Below, one piece after another: positions 40,675 through 48,408 of a DNA stretch of 64,000 bases. The notes under the pieces were generated by a model. The model saw only the letters and a program-made list of their open reading frames with translations. It searched no databases and was not told where the DNA came from. The position numbers were made by a program, and so were the translations under genes. Source of the stretch: an uncultured Candidatus Saccharibacteria bacterium. Its GTDB lineage: Bacteria; Patescibacteriota; Minisyncoccia; Minisyncoccales; CAZKCU01. Position 1 is the first letter of the stretch, and each line of letters starts with the position of its first letter. The DNA lies in NCBI GenBank assembly GCA_964551595.1, contig CAZKCU010000001.1:65246-129245 (forward strand), in the 5' to 3' direction.

Positions 40675-42402
40675 TTATTTTTCCCCAGCTACCCTTAAGA
40701 CCTCTTCAATAGTGGTAATACCGTCTAATACTTTCAGTATCCCGTCTTGCTTTATAGTAATCATTCCCTGACGAGAAGCTTCCTGAATAATTTTTTGCTC
40801 TTCGGGTGTTTTTAAGATTATCCGAGATAACTCATCAGTCATTGATAATACTTCAAAAACTCCAATTCGGCCGGCAAAACCTCTAAAATTGCATTTTTTA
40901 CAGCCTTGCGCCTCATAAATCGAGAGCTGGGAGGAAATTTTAACCTTCTTTTTAATAATTTGAGGCAAAGATTCAATCTCTTTTAAAATTAAACTTTGAA
41001 TTTCTTTTTTTGGCTTTACCTTTTTTTTACAGTAGGGGCACAATTTACCTACCAATCTTTGTGCTATAGCTATACTTAAAGCAGAGGGAATTAAAAAAGG
41101 TTTCACTTGCATATCAATAAGTCTTGGAATTACTCCTATGGCATTGTTGGTATGCAAGGTAGATAAAACAATATGGCCGGTTAGAGCAGCGTGAATAGCC
41201 AGACCGGCTGTCTCTTCATCTCGAATTTCTCCGACCATAATAATATCTGGGTCCTGCCTGACCACCTGTCTAAGACCCTGGCTAAAATCGTAACCAATTT
41301 CAGGCCTTATCTGGGATTGATTAACTCCTCCAATAAAATATTCGATAGGATCCTCAAGGGTGACAACGTTTACCCCTTCTTTGTTTAGAATATTTAAAAT
41401 CGCATACAAAGTAGTGGTTTTCCCGCAGCCGGTGGGACCGGTAGCTAAAATTAAACCATAAGGTTTCTTTGCAGCTACTTTAACCACTTCAAAATTTTTC
41501 CTCTCTAATCCCAGTTCCTCAAAGGATTTTAAGCCCTCAATGGGGTCAAGAACTCTTATTGCTGCCTTTTCTCCTAAAGCAGTGGGGAAAGTGGAAACCC
41601 GGAAATCAATATCTTTGCCGTCAAATCTTGTTGAAAACCGACCATCTTGAGGAATTCTGGTTTCATCAATCTTTAAATTGGATAAAATTTTAATTCTGGC
41701 CACAACTGCCGGATGAACTCTTAAAGGTAAAAAAATAGAAGAATATAAAATCCCATCAACTCTAAATCGAACTCTTGATTTTTCTTTAGTCGGCTCAATG
41801 TGAATATCAGAGGCTCCCCCTTCAACTGCATGTCTTAGAATAACTGCTACTACTTTGATAATAGGAGCTTCTTCAGCCAATCTCTCAAATTCAGCCGCTC
41901 TCATTGGCTTTATCTCCATTTTTTCTTCCCTTAACTCAATTTCTAACTCCTCGAGGGCGCGGCTTACTTCTTTTTTTAAAGTTCGGTATTGTTTTAAAAG
42001 ATTATTAAAAGAAGTTAAGGTAATTAAAAAAACCTGATAAGAAAACTTGCCCTGTCTGGCTAAAAATTTCAGTGCTTCTTGAGCTTTTAAATCTTCGGGA
42101 AAAACCATCCCAACTTCCAAGAGATTATCTTTCTTTGATAGGGGCACCATTTTGTAATATCTGGCCGATTCTTCGGGAATGAGTTCTAGAATTTTCAAAG
42201 GAATTTCCGAAGCTACTATCTTCTTTAAGGGAATTTTTAAATTCTCACTCTTTAAACTAAATAAAAAACTCTCAGAAACAATCCCCCTTTCTAAAATTAC
42301 CTCCTCATCTTTTTTCCCAGAACTCTTAATTTCGAATTCCAGCGAGGCGGCTTTTTCCTTTTCTAAAATTCCTTTTTTGACCAGCTGTTGCAGTAGCGTC
42401 AT
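40675..42402 (-). CDS. pilB: Type IV pilus assembly ATPase PilB (GspE family)
   Basis: 575 aa. Walker A GPTGCGKTTT, tetracysteine CPYC...CKKC, TGHIVLSTLHTN. Confidence 0.95.
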   Translation of the reverse strand: MTLLQQLVKKGILEKEKAASLEFEIKSSGKKDEEVILERGIVSESFLFSLKSENLKIPLKKIVASEIPLKILELIPEESARYYKMVPLSKKDNLLEVGMVFPEDLKAQEALKFLARQGKFSYQVFLITLTSFNNLLKQYRTLKKEVSRALEELEIELREEKMEIKPMRAAEFERLAEEAPIIKVVAVILRHAVEGGASDIHIEPTKEKSRVRFRVDGILYSSIFLPLRVHPAVVARIKILSNLKIDETRIPQDGRFSTRFDGKDIDFRVSTFPTALGEKAAIRVLDPIEGLKSFEELGLERKNFEVVKVAAKKPYGLILATGPTGCGKTTTLYAILNILNKEGVNVVTLEDPIEYFIGGVNQSQIRPEIGYDFSQGLRQVVRQDPDIIMVGEIRDEETAGLAIHAALTGHIVLSTLHTNNAIGVIPRLIDMQVKPFLIPSALSIAIAQRLVGKLCPYCKKKVKPKKEIQSLILKEIESLPQIIKKKVKISSQLSIYEAQGCKKCNFRGFAGRIGVFEVLSMTDELSRIILKTPEEQKIIQEASRQGMITIKQDGILKVLDGITTIEEVLRVAGEK

Positions 42403-42534
42403 AGTTAGTCGCTCGCCTCCGGCTCGCTCTTTAGAAACCCTCGGTTTCTAACGTTTTCGCCTTCGGCGAAATCCTGTTTTCCTGCACGGGGAAACCGAAG
42501 GGTTTCCCCGACCCCCTTCCGATACGGGAAGGCC
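42403..42534 (-). other. GC-rich array of four stable hairpins immediately upstream of pilB (candidate RNA element)
   Basis: Plus-strand stems: TTAGAAACC-CTC-GGTTTCTAA (42431-51); TTCGCC-TTC-GGCGAA (42456-70); CGGGGAAACC-GAAG-GGTTTCCCCG (42487-510); CCTTCC-GATACG-GGAAGG (42515-32). Also a direct repeat GCTCGC..GCTCGC (42411-42428). Confidence 0.45.
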
Positions 42535-42804
42535 CTAATAAGGTATAAAGGGATTTTCTCGACCTATTTCTTCTTCAAAAGGCTTAATTTCTTCAAAAGA
42601 TTGAAACTCTTTTAAGATAGGACTTTTTAATACTCCAAAATTTATTTCTATTTTCGGAGGTTCTAAAATTATCGGAGCCAAAACAGGTTCTGGCTTAACC
42701 AAAAAACCTCGCCAAACTACAACAAAAATTAAAATAATTACTACCGCTAAAACTAAAATTAGATATTTTTGTTTCTTTCTGCGTTGAAAAAATGTAATAG
42801 CCAT
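42535..42804 (-). CDS. Small single-TM protein, possibly a PilP-like pilus accessory protein
   Basis: 89 aa. N-terminal TM YLILVLAVVIILIFVVVW. C-terminal GRENPFIPY resembles the (R/K)xNPF motif of PilP-type proteins. Located between pilO and pilB. Confidence 0.4.
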   Translation of the reverse strand: MAITFFQRRKKQKYLILVLAVVIILIFVVVWRGFLVKPEPVLAPIILEPPKIEINFGVLKSPILKEFQSFEEIKPFEEEIGRENPFIPY

Positions 42805-42825
42805 AGTCCCTGGTAAATTAATATG

Positions 42826-42865
42826 AAGCGTTCGCTCAGCTCACTGTAATTTACTTCGTAAATTA
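42826..42865 (-). repeat. Core-less copy of the CCCACTGTTCACACACAG repeat family
   Basis: GCGTTCGCTCAGCTCACTG|TAATTTACTTCGTAAATTA matches 58938-58996 (CTGTTCGCTTAGCTCACTG|CTGTGTGTGAACAGTGGG|TAATTTGTTTCGCAAATTA) minus the 18-nt core. Overlaps the pilO stop. Confidence 0.7.
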
Positions 42866-43420
42866 ATAAGAGTAAACTCTTATGCTTAAATCAAAATCAA
42901 AAGGAGTTTCCTGTGTGGGAACAGTGAGTTTTTCTTCAGGAGAGGAAAAAGAGATGTTTTCTATCTTAATGAGTCTGGCTGATTTTTCTAAAGTCGAAAG
43001 AAAATTTCTAAAAGCAGAATAAGAACCAGAAACTCCAAGATTGAGACTAATCTCTTTAATTCCGGGCTGTGTGGGAACAGTGGGCTTTTCTTTAGGGGTA
43101 GTCATGGAAAAGGAATCGACATTTCTAAAAATCAGACCGTTTTGAGAACTGGCTTTTTGTAAAAAATTAAACAGAGAAGGCAAAGAAGGATTAAAGGGAA
43201 GAGCAGAATCGATTTTAGAAAGTTCTGTCTTATATTTTTTCAGTTCTTCGGAAACTTCCTGGAGATTTGAAATATGTTTTTCTTTGTACTGAAGTTCAAC
43301 TCTTTTTTTTCCAATTTCAAGCTGGAGGCTTCTTAGGTCCTGGTACTTTGGCCAGATTAAGAAAGTCCCTATTACCAAAATGCTGATGAGTAAAATGACA
43401 ATGGCGATTGACTTTGACAT
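42863..43420 (-). CDS. pilO: PilO-like pilus assembly protein
   Basis: 185 aa. N-terminal TM, a coiled coil, then a ferredoxin-like C-terminal region. Syntenic after pilM and pilN. Confidence 0.6.
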   Translation of the reverse strand: MSKSIAIVILLISILVIGTFLIWPKYQDLRSLQLEIGKKRVELQYKEKHISNLQEVSEELKKYKTELSKIDSALPFNPSLPSLFNFLQKASSQNGLIFRNVDSFSMTTPKEKPTVPTQPGIKEISLNLGVSGSYSAFRNFLSTLEKSARLIKIENISFSSPEEKLTVPTQETPFDFDLSIRVYSY

Positions 43421-43446
43421 AGATAATTCCTATTTTTCTTTTAACT

Positions 43447-43476
43447 CCGCATCTTTTCAGTCCTGAAAAAGTGCGG
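43447..43476 (-). other. Hairpin at the pilN/pilO junction, sequence-related to the recA terminator
   Basis: The reverse complement CCGCACTTTTTCAGGACTGAAAAGATGCGG differs at two positions from CCGCACTTTTTCAGGATTGAAAAGGTGCGG (47-76). Overlaps the last pilN codons. Confidence 0.6.
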
Positions 43477-43987
43477 GGTCAAAAGAAAGTTCAACGGTAA
43501 ATTTAATTTCCCCCTCTTTTCCGATTGAAACCTCTGTTAAATTAACATCTTTAACGAATTCTCCCCTTCTAAAAATCAAAAGTTGCTGGCCTAAACTCTC
43601 AAAGGTCTCTGTCTGACCAGAAATGGAAGCCTGCAATTTTCCAACATCTAAATCCAACTTAGAAAAGAAAATTTTAGGATAGGAGAAATTTTCAAGAAAG
43701 CTAAAGAAATTCCTGCTCAGCTGATGAGAAGTAAGTAAAGAACCAACTATCTCAATTTTTTTCTGGTATCCAAAAATTCTTTTCTCTAGGGCTTTTACTT
43801 CAGAGGTCTCTTTTTGGGATATAATATCTTCTATATTCTGAAGAGTCCTGGCTGAATTTTTTTGAAAATAACCTAAGATAAAGTAACCCAAAACAGAAAT
43901 AGTAAGTAAGATTAAGGATAAATAGAATAAAATATTAACTACTGGTAATTTAGCTTCAACTTTTTTTGGAATAATTTCTATTGCCAT
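43457..43987 (-). CDS. pilN: PilN-like pilus assembly protein
   Basis: 176 aa. Short cytoplasmic N-terminus, one TM (ILFYLSLILLTISVLGYFILGYF), then a periplasmic-type domain. Follows pilM. Confidence 0.6.
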   Translation of the reverse strand: MAIEIIPKKVEAKLPVVNILFYLSLILLTISVLGYFILGYFQKNSARTLQNIEDIISQKETSEVKALEKRIFGYQKKIEIVGSLLTSHQLSRNFFSFLENFSYPKIFFSKLDLDVGKLQASISGQTETFESLGQQLLIFRRGEFVKDVNLTEVSIGKEGEIKFTVELSFDPALFQD

Positions 43988-43992
43988 ATTTT

Positions 43993-45063
43993 TTACTCGA
44001 AACCCCTAAGAGCCATTCCAACTGCTATCGCATAAGAAGGCCCTATTTCTCTTAAAGTTTGTTCTAAAACTGGGGAATAAAAAATTTCAGTAAAAGGGTT
44101 AGCTATCTCCACAGTTTTTTTGAGGCGCTTGGAAGAATATTCTTTCAGCCCGGGAAGTAGGGCCGATCCCCCGGCTAAAATAACTTTTTCTATTTCTTTT
44201 CCCTCAGTCTTATAGGAGTTCTGGGAGATTTTTTCTATCTCAGAAAGCAGCAAATCAATCAAGGGAGATAGAATTCTTCCAATCTTCATCTCCGAAAATC
44301 CAATACCATGTCTTCTTTTTAAGTCTTCTGCTTCATTATAACTAATATCTAAAGATTTGGATAGGAGGCGGGTTAATTCATTTCCCGAAACATCAAAGCT
44401 ATAAGTTCTTTTCAAGACTCCCTTTTCAATAATACTTATGGTAGTACTCTGGGCCCCGATATCTACCAAGGTAATTATACCTTTTTTATCTTTAATTAAA
44501 GACCTCACCAGGCCAAACACTTCTGCTTCCAAAGCCAGAAGCCGAATTTGAGAAAGTCGAGCAATTTCCTGATATTGATTGATAACTTCGTGAGGAACAG
44601 CTACTAAAAGGACTTTTATCCCGGCCTTTTCTCGGTTAGAAACCTCACCCTCCTCAATTATTGACCAATCTAAAACTACTTCTGATAAAGGAAGGGGAAT
44701 ATGCTGACGGGCCTTAAATTGGACAGCTGAAGATATTTCCTCTTGAGTCATCGGAGGTAACTCAAGAAAGGTAAAAAAAGTTGAAAAATCAGGAATGGAA
44801 AAAACAGCTTCTCTATTTTCAATCTTAGCTTCCTTAAAAATAGCTCCGATAGCTTTAGCAATGTCTTTGTTTGAAAGTAAAAGAGTGCTTTTTTCAAAAG
44901 TCCTAAATGGCTTTCTGTAAAACATCTGGGCGCCGATTTCTCCATAATTCTCAAGTTTTATTCTCTCTCTCAGACCTGATAATTCAACAACTTTAATAGA
45001 GGTTGTTCCAATATCTATCCCTAAAAATCTTTTAAAGGGCTTTTTAAAGGGTGTCCATAACAT
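43993..45063 (-). CDS. pilM: PilM, actin-like ATPase of the type IV pilus
   Basis: 356 aa. GIDIGTTSIKVVEL phosphate-1 motif, DIGAQSTTISI, ILAGGSALLPGL. Confidence 0.9.
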   Translation of the reverse strand: MLWTPFKKPFKRFLGIDIGTTSIKVVELSGLRERIKLENYGEIGAQMFYRKPFRTFEKSTLLLSNKDIAKAIGAIFKEAKIENREAVFSIPDFSTFFTFLELPPMTQEEISSAVQFKARQHIPLPLSEVVLDWSIIEEGEVSNREKAGIKVLLVAVPHEVINQYQEIARLSQIRLLALEAEVFGLVRSLIKDKKGIITLVDIGAQSTTISIIEKGVLKRTYSFDVSGNELTRLLSKSLDISYNEAEDLKRRHGIGFSEMKIGRILSPLIDLLLSEIEKISQNSYKTEGKEIEKVILAGGSALLPGLKEYSSKRLKKTVEIANPFTEIFYSPVLEQTLREIGPSYAIAVGMALRGFE

Positions 45064-45106
45064 TAAATATATTATAGCATTTTAAAAAAGAAGGTCTATG
45101 TCTAGT

Positions 45107-45817
45107 ATGTGGAAAAAGCTCAACATTAAAAACTTTGCTTTATCTCTTCTTTTTCCTCGGTTTTGCTTTTGCTGCCAAAAAGAAGGAAGTTATCTTTGTG
45201 AAGATTGTCTTTCTACTATTGAAATTTCTGAACATTAATACTGTCTCTGTCAAAATCCTCAAAGAATCTGGCAGGGAGGAAAATGTCAAAGGTGTGCCTC
45301 CCGAAAACTCAATGGCCTTTATTTTGCTGCCCCCTACCAAAATAGTTTAGTTAAAAATTTAATTCACAGCTTCAAATATAAGCCTTTTATAAAAGAGCTC
45401 TCAAAACCATTAGCTTCTTTAATAATAAATCATTTTCAATTACTCGACAATCCTCCTAGTTTCTCTGAATTTCTTCTCATATCTGTTCCTTTGGAGAAGA
45501 GGAAGTTAAAACAGCGGGGATTTAATCAGGCAGAAGAAATAGCTAAAGAGCTTAGCTCTTTTTTGAAAATTCCCCTGGTTTCAGATTGTTTAATAAAAAT
45601 AAAAGAAACTTTACCCCAAGTTGAACTTTCCGGGAAAAAAAGAGAAGAAAATATCAAAGGAGTATTTTTGGTAAAGAATAACGAAAAAACAAGAGGAAGA
45701 AAAGTTCTTTTAGTTGACGATGTTTACACAACCGGCTCAACTATGGAAGAGGCGGCCCGAGTTTTAAAAACAGCTGGAGCTAAAGAAGTTTGGGGAGTGG
45801 TAGTAGCTAGAGGATAA
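45107..45817 (+). pseudogene. comF: ComF-family phosphoribosyltransferase interrupted by an in-frame TAA
   Basis: ATG 45107 gives MWKKLNIKNFALSLLFPRFCFCCQKEGSYLCEDCLSTIEISEH-TAA(45236-45238)-YCLCQNP..CQRC..YQNSLVKNLIHSFKYK..VPLEKRKLKQRGFNQAEEIAKEL..LLVDDVYTTGSTMEEA. Same frame throughout. Confidence 0.75.
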
Positions 45818-45849
45818 AAGAGAATTAGGAATTAAGAATTATGAATAAA

Positions 45850-45870
45850 AAAACCGGCTTTGCCGGTTTT
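45850..45870. terminator. Hairpin terminator between comF and the tRNA-Ser genes
   Basis: AACCGGC-TTT-GCCGGTT followed by TTTT, with an A-run upstream (bidirectional). Confidence 0.65.
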
Positions 45871-45877
45871 AACTTTG

Positions 45878-45963
45878 CGGTGGGTGCAGGACTCGAACCT
45901 GCAAGGGTATCACTACCCGCCACTTTTCAAGAGTGGTGCCTTACCAATTCGGCGCAACCCACC
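45878..45963 (-). tRNA. tRNA-Ser (anticodon UGA)
   Basis: Acceptor GGTGGGT/ACCCACC. Anticodon arm CCACT-CTTGAAA-AGTGG. Long variable arm. T-arm GCAGG-TTCGAGT-CCTGC. CCA not encoded. Confidence 0.9.
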
Positions 45964-45971
45964 AAAAAATG

Positions 45972-46060
45972 CGGAGGAGGTGGGACTCGAACCCACAAAC
46001 CGCTTTTTAAACGGTTACAGTTTAGCAAACTGCTGGCTTACCAATTCGCCGCACTCCTCC
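45972..46060 (-). tRNA. tRNA-Ser (anticodon GCU)
   Basis: Acceptor GGAGGAG/CTCCTCC. Anticodon arm GCAGT-TTGCTAA-ACTGT. Long variable arm AACCGTTTAAAAAGCGGTTT. T-loop TTCGAGT. Confidence 0.9.
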
Positions 46061-46141
46061 TACTATCTTTATCCTATTATTTAAAATTTTTTAAGTCAAA
46101 TTGAAATTTAATTAGCTTTATGATATATTTTATTAGTATCT

Positions 46142-46213
46142 GCCCTCGTAGTTTAATGGATAAAACGGAGGTTTGCGGAACCTCAAATAGAAGTTCGATT
46201 CTTCTCGAGGGCA
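46142..46213 (+). tRNA. tRNA-Arg (anticodon GCG)
   Basis: Acceptor GCCCTCG/CGAGGGC. D-arm GTTT-AATGGATA-AAAC. Anticodon arm GAGGT-TTGCGGA-ACCTC. T-arm AGAAG-TTCGATT-CTTCT. Confidence 0.85.
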
Positions 46214-46235
46214 CAGCAATTTTTTTTAATTATTT

Positions 46236-48407
46236 ATGAATCTCACTACTCCAATTGAGGAAATTCCTCGGGTTGGTCTTATTTACCAAAAAAAGTTAAA
46301 AAAACTAGGAATCAAGAATATCCGTGATCTTTTTTTTCATTTTCCTCATCGCTATGAGGATTTTTCAAAGATAATCCCAATTTCAAAAGCCGAAGCCGGT
46401 GGCCCTTTTTGTTTTCAAGGAGAAATTTTAGATACAAAAAATATCTACACTTCCAGAAAAAGAATGGTTTTAACCCAGGCAACTATTGGCGACGAAACGG
46501 GAAAACTAAAAGTAATTTGGTTTAACCAGCCTTATCTCATCAACACTTTTAAAAAGGGGGATTATGTTTGTTTGGCAGGAAAAATAGCAAAAAAAGGAAG
46601 CGCAAAATATTTATCCAGCCCGGCATACGAAAAAATATCTCCAACATCTAACACCCAACATCTAACATCTAACCTTACCCATACCGGAAGATTAATTCCG
46701 GTTTATCCAGAAACAGAAGGATTATCCTCAAGATGGTTAAGATTTATTGTCAAACCTCTTTTGATAAAATTAAAAAACCAAATTTCAGATTCTCTGCCAG
46801 AAAAAATCAGAAAAAAATATGATTTTTTACCTCTCCAAAAAGCAATTTGGCAAATCCATTTTCCTGACTCCTTGAAATTAGCCAAAGAAGCAAAAAAAAG
46901 ATTTGCCTTTGAGGAGTTATTTAATCTTTCACTTTTTGTTTTAAGAGAAAGGCTAAAATTAGCCAGAGAAAAAGCAATTCCCATTCCTTTAAATCTGGCT
47001 CTTATTAAAGAATTTATTAAAAGCTTATCTTTCAAACTAACCGCTGCTCAAAAAAAATCTGCCTGGCAAATTTTAAAAGATTTAGAAAAGCCTCGGCCAA
47101 TGAACAGGCTTTTAGAAGGAGATGTTGGTTCAGGAAAAACAGTGGTAGCAATGATGGCTGCTTTAAATGTGGCTAAAGCAGGTTTCCAAATTGCTTTTAT
47201 GGCTCCAACTGAAATTTTGGCAAAACAGCATTTCCAAGAATTAATTAAATTTTTTAAAAATTTTAATTTAGATATTGGCCTTTTGACCGGAAAAGAAGAC
47301 AAATTTTTCTCCAGAAAGTTAAAAAATGAAGTTATTGAAATTTCCCGGAAAAAACTTCTTGAAAAAACAAAGAAGGGAGAAATAGATATTTTAATTGGCA
47401 CTCACGCTTTACTTCAAGACAAAGTAAAGTTTGGAAATTTAGCTTTAGTAACTTTAGATGAACAGCACCGTTTTGGAGTAGAGCAAAGAGCTAAGCTTTG
47501 TAAATCATCAAAAGATACCAACGGAAAAAAAATAATCCCTCATCTACTTTCAATGACTGCCACCCCTATCCCCCGCACCCTGTCTTTAACTATTTACGGC
47601 GACCTTGATTTATCTATTATTGATGAATTACCCAAGGGTAGAAAAAAAATAATTACAAAAATCGTCCAGTCAAAAGATAAAAAAGAAACCTATAATTTTA
47701 TCAGAGCCGAAGTTAAAAAGAACCGCCAAGTTTTTGTAATCTGTCCTCGGATTGAACCCGTCAAAACCTCTCCAGAAAATTTAGATGGTGAACTTTCACA
47801 GCAGGTATTAAGTTGGATGGAGGTAAAAGCGGTAAAAGATGAATATCAGAAACTTTCAAAAGAAATTTTCCCTGACTTAAAAATCGGCATGCTCCACGGC
47901 AAAATGAAAACTCAAGAAAAGGAAAAAGTAATGAAAGATTTTAAAGATAAGAAAATTGATATTTTGGTGTCAACTTCTGTGGTTGAGGTAGGTATTGATA
48001 TTCCTAATGCCACGGTAATGATGATTGAGGGTTCAGAAAAATTCGGTTTAGCTCAACTTCATCAGTTCAGAGGTAGAATAGGACGTTCTGATTTTCAATC
48101 TCACTGCTTTCTATTTACAGATGCGCCCGGCCTCGTAACAAACCGACGACTAAGAGCACTTCTCTCCTGCGAGAATGGTTTTGAGTTAGCGGAAAAAGAT
48201 TTGTTAATCCGGGGGCCCGGAGATTTTTCTGGTTCAAGACAATGGGGAATTCCCGATTTAACCATGGCTTCTTTAACAGATGTATTTTTAGTTGAAAAAG
48301 CCAGAGAGGAAGCTCAAGAAATTTTACAAGAAGACCCGGGATTAAAAAAATACCCCCAATTGCGAGAGAGATTAGAGGAATTTGGAAAAAGAATCCACCT
48401 TGAGTAA
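46236..48407 (+). CDS. recG: ATP-dependent DNA helicase RecG
   Basis: 723 aa. Wedge/OB N-terminal region, Walker A GDVGSGKT, DEQH box (TLDEQHRFG), helicase motif VI QLHQFRGRIGR. Confidence 0.95.
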   Translation: MNLTTPIEEIPRVGLIYQKKLKKLGIKNIRDLFFHFPHRYEDFSKIIPISKAEAGGPFCFQGEILDTKNIYTSRKRMVLTQATIGDETGKLKVIWFNQPYLINTFKKGDYVCLAGKIAKKGSAKYLSSPAYEKISPTSNTQHLTSNLTHTGRLIPVYPETEGLSSRWLRFIVKPLLIKLKNQISDSLPEKIRKKYDFLPLQKAIWQIHFPDSLKLAKEAKKRFAFEELFNLSLFVLRERLKLAREKAIPIPLNLALIKEFIKSLSFKLTAAQKKSAWQILKDLEKPRPMNRLLEGDVGSGKTVVAMMAALNVAKAGFQIAFMAPTEILAKQHFQELIKFFKNFNLDIGLLTGKEDKFFSRKLKNEVIEISRKKLLEKTKKGEIDILIGTHALLQDKVKFGNLALVTLDEQHRFGVEQRAKLCKSSKDTNGKKIIPHLLSMTATPIPRTLSLTIYGDLDLSIIDELPKGRKKIITKIVQSKDKKETYNFIRAEVKKNRQVFVICPRIEPVKTSPENLDGELSQQVLSWMEVKAVKDEYQKLSKEIFPDLKIGMLHGKMKTQEKEKVMKDFKDKKIDILVSTSVVEVGIDIPNATVMMIEGSEKFGLAQLHQFRGRIGRSDFQSHCFLFTDAPGLVTNRRLRALLSCENGFELAEKDLLIRGPGDFSGSRQWGIPDLTMASLTDVFLVEKAREEAQEILQEDPGLKKYPQLRERLEEFGKRIHLE
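46643..46677. repeat. 35-nt block of five heptamers inside recG
   Basis: AACATCT AACACCC AACATCT AACATCT AACCTTA. Encodes TSNTQHLTSNLT. Confidence 0.8.
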
Positions 48408-48408
48408 A

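Noticed and set aside
42403-42534. c-di-GMP riboswitch upstream of pilB
   Set aside because: This is an attractive context, but I could not align the hairpin array to the GEMM-I or GEMM-II consensus from memory. It is kept only as an unclassified structured element.
45841-46104. Two overlapping plus-strand ORFs (87 and 74 aa)
   Set aside because: They lie entirely across the two minus-strand tRNA-Ser genes and are GC-rich tRNA sequence read as protein.
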